Shown here: positions 28,271 through 41,725 of the stretch, piece by piece | How the letters are laid out: each line of letters starts with the position of its first letter | Position numbering within the stretch: position 1 is the stretch's first letter | NCBI RefSeq assembly: GCF_006345805.1 | Contig: NC_043017.1 | Coordinates: forward strand, 868,001-932,000 | Source of the DNA: Octopus sinensis | Taxonomy: Eukaryota | Direction: 5' to 3' | DNA length: 64,000 nt | The notes under the pieces: model-generated | What the model saw: the letters and a program-made list of their open reading frames with translations, nothing else | The model's database searches: none | What the model was told of the DNA's origin: nothing | Position numbers and translations under genes: made by a program

Positions 28271-29251
28271 CGTGTGTGTCTGTATGTATACGTATATGTA
28301 TATATGCACAGTCACGCATTCTTGTATATTGATGCAGCAGCCAGCTATAGACATAACAGATGTTTATAAGTCAACGTTTGTGTTTTTGCTTAAAATTTCC
28401 GGTAAACAAATGGTTTAGCAAATCAAATTATGGGACATGAAAAGATTACGTATTCAGATTATATGTACATTAATTTATGTAGTTGATTTATATATTTGCA
28501 ATCTTAGAGTCAGAAGAAATAAAAAAAAATGATAGCATAACATACGAGTTAAGTTTGTCCAGTACTTCATATGTTCATACATATTTCATTCGTTATGTTT
28601 ATTCAGGAATATATTTGACAAAAATTTTTAAAGAAAGTACCAGAAGGAAAAGACCAGAAATATGGCTATATAAAACAGCAGAAAATCTGCACAAGAGTTC
28701 AGTAAAAACAAAAAAATAGAGGAAGATATGAAACTAAATCAAGTATAAATATTAAATTCTTAGCTACTATCTCATGTTTCAAGTGCAAAAAAAAAAAGAA
28801 AAAGATAATATTAAAAGAAGCCCAAAACAAACAAGGAAACAAATAAATATAAAAGAAACATGATCGATAATTTTGAAAGAGAATGAAATATGGCGGATAA
28901 AAGACGAAAAGATTTCGCTGTAGATGTTGAAACAGAACTGCAGACGGAGGCATGTTGTAGCGAACTTTGGAGACGCTGTTAAAGGTACAACAGCTATTAA
29001 AATGCTGCGAGTAGAATATGGAGAAAGTAAAGAAAGGTGCGTAGTGTGAGAATTGTAAAGATTTGTGTTAAGAAAAGCAATTCTTTGACAGATAACATCA
29101 ATTGAATGATTCATGGCGGTTTGAATTATTGTTCGTGTAATCACTGACATTCTATTCCAGAGCGAGTTTCTGTGTAACCTTGCCTGTTAACACTGTACCC
29201 TTGCGCCTGTATAGATGGGCACGCACATACATACACGCACACACACACACA

Positions 29252-29290
<39 letters not shown>

Positions 29291-29667
29291 ACATATATAT
29301 AAATGTATTTTATTTTTTTCAAATTGACAAAGCCACTGATCAAAAAATAGAAATATTATTTCTAAATCTCTCAAAGAGAGACATTCAGCAACAGTTCTTT
29401 AAAGTAAAGGCTATTTGCCAACATATTGTAGCTGTCCCGAAATGGACGATGCTATTGTGTTTTACCTCCAAGAAACATCATTTCCAGTTAGCTGTACGAC
29501 ACACTCTGTGTGTCCTTATATTTTCGAACAGCAACGACATCAGGCCAAGGCAGTTAGTCTGTGTTGATAAAGTTAGATTGGAGTGATGAGCTCCCTGTTC
29601 GAAGCCTCTGCTTTAAATAACTGTTACTGAATGCCTGTCTTTCAGAAATTAGAAATGATAATATTTC

Positions 29668-29746
<79 letters not shown>

Positions 29747-30019
29747 AATATATATGTGTGTGAGAAATAATGAAGACACAAAATAGATTAACAAAATATA
29801 CTCTATTGTGAAATCATTATGCACCCAATCATGTACTAAAAGTATATAGATATATACTAAAAATATATTTAAAATATGTTAAAATATATAAATAGATAAT
29901 CAAAATATATTAAAAATATATAGCGATATATATATATATATATATATGTTTGGTAACTTTCAAAATATTGAAGACCAAGTCACAAAAGCAAAGTTTCTAG
30001 GGAATAGGAGTCATTCTTT

Positions 30020-30130
30020 ACATTATTTACATTTGACGGATATTTGTCCTCATTTTGTTTGCTGTTAACACGACGTTTCGGTTGATATACCCTCCAGGCA
30101 TTATCAGGTGTCTTCGGTATATTTCGAACC
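30020..30130 (-). mobile_element. Penelope-like terminal fragment with decayed minimal type I hammerhead
   Basis: Minus strand 30112 to 30067 reads gacac-CTGATAA-(21 nt)-GAAAC-GTC-gtgtt. Stem I pairs, but core G8 and stem II are mutated. Confidence 0.65.
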
Positions 30131-30183
30131 AGCGCGACCTATTAACCTCAAGATTTCGAGTTCGATTCCAGGCAGCGAACTGA

Positions 30184-30204
30184 ATAATGATGATGATGAT
30201 GATG

Positions 30205-30267
<63 letters not shown>

Positions 30268-30280
30268 GTAATAATAATGA
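30184..30280. repeat. (GAT)n-(AAT)n trinucleotide array
   Basis: Direct reading. Similar arrays occur at 31235-31470, 33130-33200 and 33270-33330. Confidence 0.97.
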
Positions 30281-31844
30281 TTTTGTAAGATGGCAATTTG
30301 TGAGAAAAGAAGCAGCATTTTTTGTGAAGTACAAAATTTTTTTAATAAATGCTTAGTTTTATCAGATGGTAAGGTGAGCAACAGAAAACAGTATTTTTTG
30401 TAAAATAGTAGAGTAGAATATTTAATATATCGATTATTTTTATTAGATACTAAGTTGTAATTTGAAAGAGATTTCTAAAAAGTGAGACAATCACGTAGAT
30501 ATTTCTTCTTCAGGTCGAAAAATTGTGTCTGGTTTAATGATAAGTGGCGGTTTATCAAACATATCTTGTCTTGTGTAGAAGCGACCTCGTATCAGAAAAA
30601 TATATCACCTTGAAGATGAATATGTCAGTATTGAAGAAACCATCGTATTTGAAATGTCTCGAGAGAAATTTAAGCTACTTAAAAGAGATCTATAGGATTA
30701 CCATTGACGGCGTGTTAAGAGAGAAGGCTTTTTGTTTATACATCGAAAAATGACATTTGCGAGAAAACAATTAACCCCTGTGGCCGAGACCCACTTCTGC
30801 ATAAGGAGTTCTGTATCTGTGACTGAGACACGCTCCTATATATGCAGGTCTGAATCTGTGACTGAGACACGCTCCTGTACAAGGAAGCCAGTATCCACAG
30901 TTGCATCTTTGGCATGCATCTTTTTTTCCGTCTCGTTACTTCCTTTGGTTTTCCTTTATTTTTACTATTATATACTTCAAATGATAAACGAAACACCCTT
31001 TATGTGAGTTGTATTTCTAATGTTTCCTTCCTCGGAACTACATTTGGAGCTCACTTTCGCCTGCCGTCATTTTGGGGTCGATAAAGAAAGTACTACTCTA
31101 CTACTGGGCACAGCTTAATCGACTTAACGCTTTCCCTCAATATTATTGTCCTTAGTGAGAATTAGAATAAAATTGTGAGGATTATTGGTATTGATAATAT
31201 TATAAGTATTGTTGCTGTCAGTGTTATTGCGGTTAGCATTATTATTATTATTATTATTATTATATTATTATTATATTATTATATTATTATTATTATTATT
31301 ATTATTATTGTTATTATTATCATTATCATTATTATTATAAACATTTATTTTATGTTGTCTATCTTGTTTCGAGCCCTTGTGGCCAATAAACGAAAGCCTC
31401 CTCTTCAACATCATCTTCATCATCATCATCATCATCATCATCGTCATCATCATCGTTGTTATTATTATCATTATTATTTCTTGTGTTGGTAGACGTCTTT
31501 ATTTGTGCTGCGGGCTACGGATTATATATTTTGAAATTTCTTAACAATTGGATTAATATATTTGTGTCTGTGTGGAATTTTTACTCGAGTTTGTGATGAG
31601 TTTCATTCGACCATTTGTCTTTTTTTTTACTTATTAAAAAACAGCAACAACTCATTTTGGAAATATAGTCTTTTCCAAATGACATTCAATACAAAGTATC
31701 GATCAGACACATCTCCTCGTGAAACAAACGAAGCAAAACATAACATAAGAAGGAAAAACTATACACGGTCGCCACAGATAAACAAGGAAAAACATTGAAA
31801 GTATAGCATGACTAACATAAATTGTTCTGAATTTTTATCTTATC

Positions 31845-32297
31845 TCTTATATTTGTTGCAGTCATTTGGCTACCGTCGTGATTCAGCACCTTTCTTGAAG
31901 GGTTTTCAAGGTTCTTAGTCGAACAAACAACCCCGTCTGGTTTTTATACTTTGGGTTACATTTACAGAACCGCCAACTTTATGGGGCCATAAAGAATATA
32001 ACACATATTCAGAAGTAGTGGGGGAGAGGATAAACACGAAAATAAAGATACACACACATGCATACGCATACATACACATACACACACACTCCTACGCGCG
32101 CGCACACACATACACACAGTCACACACATGGACATACGAGAAGATTGTTTTAGTTTCCATCTACACAATATTCATAACCCTTCGGATGGCCGGGGCCAGC
32201 GTAGAAGACGCCTGATCAAGTTGCGACGCAGTGGGAATGAACCCAGAACCATGTAGTCGAGAAGCCAGGTTTTTACCACGCATACACATACCTGCGT
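31845..32297 (-). mobile_element. diverged full-length family-C SINE
   Basis: Degenerate 3' module, (CA)n core and reverse-complement head (GCAGTGGGAATGAACCCAGAACCATGT). Confidence 0.7.
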
Positions 32298-32339
32298 ATA
32301 TATAAATAAATGCATATATTCATTAAATACCTGAAAAAG

Positions 32340-32488
32340 AAAATAGAGGAGGATCAGTTAATTATGATTTTATTCGACATTTCCCCTCTCTGTTTCACAC
32401 ACTTCAGTTTTTCTAAGCCCTTTAAAAGAACTCGGAACTTTGGGTTTCCAATGAGCCCTTCAACCTGTAGATTTTTCAGCACCCCTCG
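32340..32488 (-). mobile_element. mariner-derived miniature remnant
   Basis: TIR TTTTTCAGCACCCCTCG followed by TA, and decayed C-terminal codons LETQSSEFF..GLEKL..KCVKQRG on the minus strand. Confidence 0.6.
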
Positions 32489-32519
32489 TATGTGTACGTA
32501 TATATATGTGTATGTGTGT

Positions 32520-32559
<40 letters not shown>

Positions 32560-32560
32560 A

Positions 32561-32950
32561 CGAGGTGGTGCTGAAAAATTTCTGGTTTTGGGGGAAGGAA
32601 AATACTGGTGGATCAGTTAATCATAATTTTATTCAACGTTTTTCCCTCGCAGATCCAAAGACTTATTTCAACAGTTGTCCAGTTTTTTCTATACCCTGTT
32701 AAAGGAAACAGAACTTTGGGCCTCCAACCAGGCCATAAACGTGCTGGCAATTGGCCGAACAAAATTATGGGAAAAACAAAACCTAACCAAGTCTTATCGT
32801 TTTTAACCCAACATTTAAAGTAAGAAAGATCGAGATATGAAATATTTCGCCGGATGGTTTCGCAGCGAATTTCCACAAAGCTAACGCCATCTTGCAACAT
32901 TTTGTCATAGTGTTTCATGCGAGGAGAAGACTGACAGCGCCATGCCAATA
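32561..32950 (-). mobile_element. mariner (irritans-like) remnant
   Basis: TA followed by TIR CGAGGTGGTGCTGAAAAA. Minus-strand AWLEAQSSVSF...GIEKLDNC*NKSLDLRGKNVE* is a typical mariner C-terminus. Same family as 32340-32488. Confidence 0.7.
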
Positions 32951-33163
32951 TAATGGCACGTTAACAGACAAAGACATTCCCTGTAGTGGGAGTTCAATAA
33001 AGTGACGAGTGAGATAAGTGGTGGGAGATCGAGCCTCTCCCTTTCCGTTACTAATATGGAAATACATACATTTGCATCTTTATAACGAGAATAGCATACA
33101 TTACAGCAAATGTTGGCGCTACTACTATTGCTGCTGCTGCTGCTACCACTACTACTACTACTA

Positions 33164-33199
<36 letters not shown>

Positions 33200-33266
33200 G
33201 GTACAACTACTGGTACAGCTACTTTGAACCCGATCTATTAATCATAGCAAGTATTATTCTTCATAC

Positions 33267-33320
<54 letters not shown>

Positions 33321-33758
33321 TAATATTAATAGTAACAATAATAATGTAAGTTGTATAGAAATACTTTTGCGTTTTAAGTTGGCAAATATCATCCAAAATT
33401 CTTTACCATAATACATCATCAATTCATACTGTAATATCATTGAAGAATTCTTGCTTCGATTACTATGGCTGTTATTATGGATACACGTTTCCTTTTATGT
33501 TCTACGATTCTTTGCGTAGAGTATTTCGATTTAGCATATTCGTTTTATTATTAACAAATGGATAGTTGTATAGAAAATGTTTGTGGAAGAGTGAAAGAGC
33601 TTAGCCGATGACTGCATGTCATAGATAATAATGGATGACGAACAGACGACATTGCCAGTTGACTCTTCAATTCTTACCACGTCTTCGTCGATTTGAATAG
33701 ACAAAAGCACCGACCAACGGACGAAAGGACAAATATTTCTCTATCTCTCTTTCTCTCA

Positions 33759-33828
<70 letters not shown>

Positions 33829-34179
33829 GTCTATCCATATATATATATTTATATATACGTACACACACAGACATACATGTATGTATTTATATCATACGCA
33901 TATAAATATGTAAACGTGTGAAGGTTTCTATGAAGGTTTCTATGAATATGTATATATATGGCGGTGCCCCAGCATGGCCACAGCTCATAAGCTGAAACTA
34001 GAATCAATCAATCAATCAATCAATCAATACATATACTTATATTTTTTTATTTGTGTGTGTATAATAATGTATAAGTGTGTAGGTATGTATTAATATATAA
34101 TATACATTCAATTGGTACGTGAATTAATATTTTTACTAACACACCCATTAAAGAATAGAGATATGTATGATGGCTAGCC

Positions 34180-34930
34180 TGAGACCATTGCCGAAGGATT
34201 GAAAACCGTCTGGAACTGATTTTCTTGTGGAGCACAAACGCTATGATTCGTGCTGATACGACGAGTGTAAATAGAGGACGATAGATTGGAGTAGTGATTA
34301 GACTGCAATGCTCTTGAGCAACGTGTATGACAAACCACAATTCTTGAGCTACGAACACCATGCCTTGGACAAAATCCTACGCGATGCTCTTGATGAGGAA
34401 CTAGCAGGCCCAAGCATTCCACCCAAAATGGAATATTTTTTGTCAAAGAACTCATGACACGTTATGAAGACCTCCAAAGCTCCTTTCATGTCATTAAAGA
34501 TCAAGCTGGCTAGCGAGTTGATATAAAGTTTCTGTTTTACTTAATCCATGGCTTCAGGGTCTTCTATGAAAACGGAGACCAGCATTTCATCAAGTTTCAG
34601 GCAATCTCAGCCCTTATTGCACTTTCCCCCATGTCACATGTGGCAGAAAGATTGCAGATGGTCCGCCACTGCATCTCATAGCACTGGACGGAACGCTGGT
34701 TCAGTAACCAAATGTATAGAGCTGAATATTATGCAGAGCTATCGCAACTCCTACACAATACTGCTTTTAAATGCATGATAAATTACTGGAAACAAGAGCC
34801 ATCAAATCTAAACATCAACAGAAGCGATCAATGCAGCGAGCGACCAATTAAGGTCACGCAAGGACTACACACCACATGCAAGAACAAAGCCAAACAGCAA
34901 TTGCGTTTCTTTCTGTCTGACTTGCCATAA
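34180..34930 (+). pseudogene. degenerate hAT-superfamily-like DDE transposase fragment
   Basis: Across frameshifts: ETIAEGLKTV...MIRADTTSVNRG (DTTxxNTG-like), SYEHHALDKILR (C/xxH-like), FVKELMTRYEDLQSSF, and NLNINRSDQCSERPIK (catalytic-Glu-like). Confidence 0.6.
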
Positions 34931-35139
34931 CTTGACGATTGATTAATTTGGCTTTACATGACTTACCTTATTTTTATTGCTCTGGAATACAGAATATGGT
35001 TCTTTTAACAGTTATGGATTAAACATTTTAGAACCTTCCCCCGCGTTTTTGTTTATTATTCAATGCCAGGTTTCTAGAATTGCGAACTCCAAGCAAATCT
35101 AAACGAGTATAAAAAATTTCAAAGTTACACATATTCTTT

Positions 35140-35330
35140 TATTCTATTACTTGTTTCAGTCATTTGACTGTGGCCATGCTGGAGCACCGCCTTTTAGTCG
35201 AGCAAATCGACCCCAGGACTTATTCTGTGTAAGCCTAGTACTTATTCTATGGGTCTCTAGTGCCGAATCGCTAAGTTACGGGGACGTAAACACGGCAGCA
35301 TCAGTTGTCAAGTTATGCTGGGGGACAAAC
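35140..35330 (-). mobile_element. family-C SINE 3' module with long (TACA)n/(TA)n core
   Basis: Close match to the consensus module. No head was found after the microsatellite. Confidence 0.88.
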
Positions 35331-35864
35331 ACAGATACACAAACATATACACACATACATACATACACATATACATGCATACATACATGCATACATACAT
35401 ACATACACATATACATGCATACATACATACATACATAATACATACATACATACATACATGCATACATACATACATATATATATATATATATTATATATAT
35501 ATATATTATATATATATATATGTCTATATATATATATATATATATGTCTATATATATATATATGTGTGTGTGTGTAAATATGTATGTACACACTCACACA
35601 CTCACACGCACACACATACACATATATATATATAAACATGCATATGTACAAACATACATACATTCATACATACAGACAGACAGACAGTCAGACAACAGAC
35701 AGGCCTACATATAATTTGACCTGTTCTTAGACGTGTCACCAATTTTATATCGTGTTGTGATTCGAAGAATTGTGACGATTGGGGGTGGAGTTGATAATGC
35801 GGTTTTATCTACGGTTAGTTTGAGAGAAGTGATGTGGTAGATAAATGTTGCTAGATAGAAGCAA

Positions 35865-35954
35865 ATGCGAGAGAGAGAGAGAGAGAGAATGTAGATATGT
35901 GGGTGAACGGTGTAGATGGAGGAATGTCGTAGTATTGGGACACGAATAGAGACA

Positions 35955-36003
<49 letters not shown>

Positions 36004-36322
36004 ATGAATGATAGAGCGAGTGAGAGAAGGATAGCGAAAGCAAGAGTAAGTGAAAATGATAAGAGGAGCGAAAGTAAGAGAGAGTGACGGGAAGAATGGA
36101 AAATAATTCGTAGAGAAAGTGAGAGACAGATGTAGTGGAATGAAGAATGGTAAGAAGAGCAGAGAGGGAGAGAGAGAGTGAGAGATAAAGGGAGAGAAAG
36201 AGAGAGAGAGACAGACAGATAGCCAAATACAGAGAAAGGCGGAGAGAAAGTTGTAGATAAAGTGTGGTAGAAAAGATAAAGTCGAGGAGCAGAGAGCGAG
36301 GGAGAGATGGAGATAGAGAAAC

Positions 36323-36357
<35 letters not shown>

Positions 36358-36538
36358 GCGATAGGGAGTGATGTGATTAAAGAGCGGAGAAAAGAAGAGG
36401 TAGATGCAGAGGTATAGTGAATGGAGAAAGAATGAGATATAAAGTGAGAGAGACAGAGAGAGAATGAGAGGAAGAGAGTGGGAAAGACGTGACTAGACGG
36501 TGCGAGAACAGAAGTGGATGCGGGAGTGTGAGATTGAG

Positions 36539-36575
<37 letters not shown>

Positions 36576-36800
36576 AGAGAGAGAGGGGTTAAATAAGTTA
36601 CAGACAGACTGATATAGACAACAGCACATGAAATGGAAAAAAAATGGAGAAATGGTGAGAGTGAGGGAGAGGGTGTGACTGAGAGAGAGATAGGGAGAGG
36701 GAGGAGGAGGGAGACAAAAGGAAGAGAGAGACAGAGATAGATAGATAAATGGATAGGTAGAGAGTGACAGAAAGAGAGAGAGAGAGAGAGATACAGTGTG
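35865..36800. repeat. about 0.9-kb GA-rich, strand-asymmetric low-complexity tract
   Basis: Interrupted (GA)n with very few pyrimidines on the plus strand. It explains the long LSLS ORFs. Confidence 0.9.
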
Positions 36801-37009
36801 TGGAAATATGTTAATATTTAGGGAGAGCCGAAATGAGTAAATGGTGTGAATAAAGATGGTGGGAGTCAGGGAAAGGGGTGAGTCGGAGAGGGTGGGTGAG
36901 GCACAACTTTATTTTCTCGTTTTTTTTTATTTGGTTCCTGTATGGTGTAGCCGTGACTGATGCAGGTGAAAATGATGGAGACGAACATAGAAATAATGGC
37001 GATAAATGA

Positions 37010-37076
37010 AGACGAAGACGATGACAACGATGGCGACCATGACGATAGTGATGAAGATGATGACGATGATGGTGGA

Positions 37077-37123
<47 letters not shown>

Positions 37124-37139
37124 CGATGATGATGATGAC

Positions 37140-37183
<44 letters not shown>

Positions 37184-37373
37184 CGACGATGATGATGATG
37201 ACAACGATAATAAAGGTGGTGGTAGTGCCGGTGATGGTGAAGTTAGAAGGGGCTGGATGTGCCGATGGCAGTAATGAAAAGTGAAACATGATGATGATGA
37301 TGATGATGGTGGTGGTGATAATGATGGAAGAGATGGTAGTAGTTGTGCTGCTGCTGATGATAATGGCGACTAA

Positions 37374-37400
<27 letters not shown>
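37010..37400. repeat. (GAT/GAC)n trinucleotide arrays
   Basis: Direct reading. It explains the poly-D, poly-M and poly-S ORFs. Confidence 0.95.
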
Positions 37401-37405
<5 letters not shown>

Positions 37406-37569
37406 GGACGAGGTGGAGGAAGCGGGAGAGGAGGGAGATGATAATGATGGTAACGATAGGCCCGTGGGTGGCGGAAGAAAAGACAATGAAGTGATGATAA
37501 AATTATCGACGACGGCGACGGCGATCATTACGATGATGTTTAGGACCCACAGCGCCGCCTAGTTAGTTT

Positions 37570-37797
37570 CCATGGCGTATGAGTCACTGAGATTACAACA
37601 TAATTTTTGAACGGTACCCGTTTACAGCCGAGTGGACTGGCGTAACGTGAAATGAAAAATATTTGCTCAATATTTCTGATACAGGAATCGAAACCACGAC
37701 CTTGCGATTGAGATTGCAACACCTTAACCACTACAGAAACCAGGATCGTGTAATTAAGAAAACCAAAATCTAACGACCAGACACGTGCCTTCATTGC
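37570..37797 (-). mobile_element. diverged family-A SINE
   Basis: Reverse complement of the central motif (CAGCCGAGTGGACTGGCGTAACGTGAAAT) and of a B-box (GGAATCGAAACC). Confidence 0.7.
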
Positions 37798-37829
37798 AGT
37801 GTGATTGGGAAATTAAATTATGTGCACAT

Positions 37830-38292
37830 TTTCTATTCTTTCACTAGTTTCAGTCATTTGACTGCGGCCATGCTGGAGTACTGCCTCGAAGGGTTTTAGT
37901 TGAACAAATTGACCCCAGGTCTTTTTTTTAAATAAGGTCTAGTACTTATTCTATAGGTATCTTTTGCCGAACTGTTAAGTTATGGGAATGTAAACACACC
38001 AGCACCAGTTGTCAAGGGACGAACGCCGTTGCAATGACACACACAAACGTAGATACACACACACACATACACACGCACACACACACACACCTTCAGACAC
38101 ACACATACATATATATATGTTTTTGTATCTACCACAGGCTTCTTTCAGTTTCCGTCTGTTAAATCCACTAACAAGAGTTTGGTCGCTTCGATTCTATAGT
38201 AGAGGACACTTAGTAAGGTGCTATGCAAAGGGACTGAACCCGGATCATGTGGTTAAAACAAAAGCTTCTTACCACACAACCACGCCTGCGCC
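37830..38292 (-). mobile_element. full-length family-C composite SINE
   Basis: 3' module, about 80-bp (CA)n core, and head ending CCACGCCTGCGCC. Confidence 0.85.
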
Positions 38293-38903
38293 TATGCATG
38301 CATTCTGTAGCATAAAATGATACAAAAAACTAAAATTCCAGCCATGTCTTTCATTAATTATTCCAGCGATATTACAAGAGTGCAACATTTATGCAAATCA
38401 GTTTATTCGACTTAATAGAGCTTGTAATGATTTTGACTATAAATGCATTATTAGGGCGTGGAAAGGCACTAGGTTGTCTGTGACTGGTTCCATCTAAAAG
38501 AGTGAAACCTTCCAGAAATTCCTTTTATTCATTTCCTGTGTTCTTCCTCCGTTCTTCATTGTTCCTGCTAAGCATGTGATTTTATCAGCTCAGGCGAAAT
38601 ATTCACGAATGCGTTGTGCATTTGATGAAGGTTAACAAAATATAGATTTATTTCCTGAAAATTAGATTTCTTTTGTGCGTGCATACATAGACATTACATT
38701 CACAAGGGAAAGCGAGAAGAAAGGAGTACGAGAGACAGGCAGATAAACGCACACGTCTTTGTATATATGCATACCGAGTTTTATATATATATATATATAT
38801 ATATACATATATAAACGACGTATGTAAAGAGGGAAAGCGACAAGCAACGACGGTACGACAGCGAGACACACAGTAAATTGTCTATATATTTGTTTTATGA
38901 ATG

Positions 38904-39054
<151 letters not shown>

Positions 39055-41389
39055 TATATATATATATATGTGTGTGTGTTCGCACATTAATGTCGTATAT
39101 CGAAATTCATTAATCGAGCGTAAAAGCTTTAATCTTGTATCGTCACGACTACATTTATCCATCGCCTTTCTCTCAAGAATCCAAATTTAAAGAAAACCGA
39201 AACTTTGTGTTCCTTTAATAGAATCTCAATGCGAAAATAACTTTAGAATTTTCAATTATTGCATTGGAAGTAGAGTCGACAGTTATATTGAGTCTAATGA
39301 ATTTTAATTAAAATCTGCTAATTAATTCTCATTCATATATATTAATATCTTGGAACAACCGACTAATACATTTCCTGCAAGTAATTATTCCTTAGTTATC
39401 ATGGTTTTAATATACATACCTACCCACATACATCTATAGATATGTGTGTGTGTATCTGTGTGTGTGTGTGTGTGTCTGTGTGTTTGTGTTTGTGCGTGTG
39501 TGGACCTGCATGTATGTGTACGTACATATATAAATAGACATTTACACACACACACTTATGTATATGTCTATCTCTATATGTATGCCTGGGTATGTGCTTA
39601 TGAACATAATATATATATAGATGCAACAGTATGTATATATAAATACTTAAGTCTGTGTATATATATATATGTATAAATACATGTATATATGCATATGCAT
39701 ACATATATACATACAAATATGTGAGTGTGTGAGTGTTTGTGTATGTATATATATATATGCATATCTTGTATTCTTCGTCCGAGACACAAATATCTCATTT
39801 ATAAGTAACCGCACACCGACCTTAGTTTTAACCACATATGCCGTCACAAAAGAATGATCTTTAATTAGTCAGGCAATGCCTTCATCTATAGAGATAGACA
39901 ATCATAGAAGAACGTAGTGCGATAGACATGGCTTCATGCTTGCTTTGTATTACAGAAATATATCTACCTGGTTGTCTGTGTCCGTCTTTGTCACATGAGA
40001 CGTTAATTAATGCGAGAATGGACTGATGCGCGTTAGACGTTAATTGCATCGTGTCACACTTTGAACGAAAGCCAAATTGAAGGAAGAACGATACTCGAAA
40101 GCTAAATCCAATTTGATCTCTGAACTTATTAAGAAAATTCTCGTTAAATTTGTTTGTTTCGAAAGAATGTCAAGAACGTGCAAATCTAGAATTTTAAGAT
40201 ATTTTCCTTAGAATCGCTCCTCAGAATCGCTTTTCATTCAGCGATGCCGACACACCTGTCTTCCCAGAGTCCTTTGCGTTAATAAATTGTGTGTTAAGAG
40301 CATAAGGTTTGTCGTAAAGATGTTGTTCTCCGGTAACGAAATGCAACAGCGAATAGCATATTCATGTTCGAATATGCCGAAACATATTATAAATATATAT
40401 TCTTTTATTTGTTTCAGTCATTTGACTGCGGCCATGCTAGATCAGCGCCTTTATGAAAAATCGAAAAAAAAAAAAGCTCAGAAAAGAAACAGCATTTTCT
40501 TTCGCCAAGCTTACATAATAGTGATAGCAGATAAAGTACATATAACGAAGTCCAAAAAAAAAAAATAACCAAAGAAAAATAAAAGTAAAAACAGCACGGG
40601 AGAAAATTTGATAGACTTGAGAAAAATAATCGTATACTAAGTATGCCTAGTAAAAAGAATAAGAGTGAATAAGTGGTTTAATAAATTTATCGTTGTGATT
40701 GCAGCCGCCATTGTTTGTGTGACGATAGGTGATCGGCTGGCAGACTTACCTGCTAATCAGCAAATAGACTTTTTGCTGAAATTGTAAAAAAGTCACAGGT
40801 GGTGCACCACCATGACCTCGGCTCTGGGCTAAAACCAGTAAAAAAGAAATTGCACATTCGTAACATTCAGTATTGCAAAGATGCCTCTGGCTGGCACTAC
40901 AATTGAAACCATCGATTACTCCAGAGTCCCCTTTTGTTAATCAATCGAGTGTGCTACAAATGCGTCTTCATCCTGAAGGGGAATTTCTTCAGTGATAAAA
41001 CACGTCCATAGTGAGTAAGTTCACATTTGAAGCTGGCAGAATGTATCGAGAATAAATATTAAAGTCATATTTTTGATGGTGTCTGTTCAGCGCCCATTGG
41101 ACGATTTATTAGACATTATGTATTTTAATTTGCAAGGGAACAAGGTATGATTTCAAGGAAATATCCTGCTCCCTTACTATTCCTATTATACGTCTATTCC
41201 AGGTATTCGAGATGTTATTGCAAAACACCGTCAAGAGTGCAGTCAAAATTTGCAAAACATTGACGACGTTTGACCTGTTTATAAGTGCATATACACAGGC
41301 GCGCAGAAACACAAGCACACGCACACACACACACACAAATATTCATATAGATACACTCACTTGCGTACGAATATATAGCCTGACGAAAG

Positions 41390-41725
41390 CTAAGAGGTTG
41401 AAATTTCAAAGTCACTTTGAAGCGGGCTTTTCATCATTTCGGCATCGATTAAATAAGTACCAGTTACGCATTGGGGTCGATATAATCGACTTAATCCGTT
41501 TGTCCGCCCTTGTTTGTCCTCTCTTTGTTTAGCCCCTCGTGGGTAGTAAAGAAATAGGTATTTCGTCTGTCTTTATGGTCTGAGTTCAAATTCTGCCGAG
41601 GTTGATTTTGCCTTTCATCCTTTCGAATTCGATAAATTAAGTACCAGTTGCGTACTTAGGTCGATCTAATCTGCTGGCTCCTCTCTCCAAAAATTTCGGA
41701 CCTTGTACTTAGGGTAGAAAAGAAG
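41390..41725 (+). mobile_element. family-B SINE with duplicated core (dimeric)
   Basis: Two successive CTTT(T)CATC...TCGAT(A/T)AA(A/T)TAAGTACCAGTT...GGTCGAT(A/C)TAATC units joined by GTAGTAAAGAAATAGGTATTTCGTCTG. Confidence 0.8.

Noticed and set aside
30810-30876. 23-bp direct repeat ATCTGTGACTGAGACACGCTCCT (30815-30837, 30854-30876) with a 16-bp spacer, superficially CRISPR-like
   Set aside because: Only two units, spacer too short, no cas genes, eukaryotic context. A local 39-bp tandem duplication explains it.
40750-40775. 26-nt minus-strand micro-exon with strong acceptor and CAG|GTAAGT donor
   Set aside because: Too short to assess, may lie in an unclassified repeat, and such signal pairs arise by chance in AT-rich DNA.
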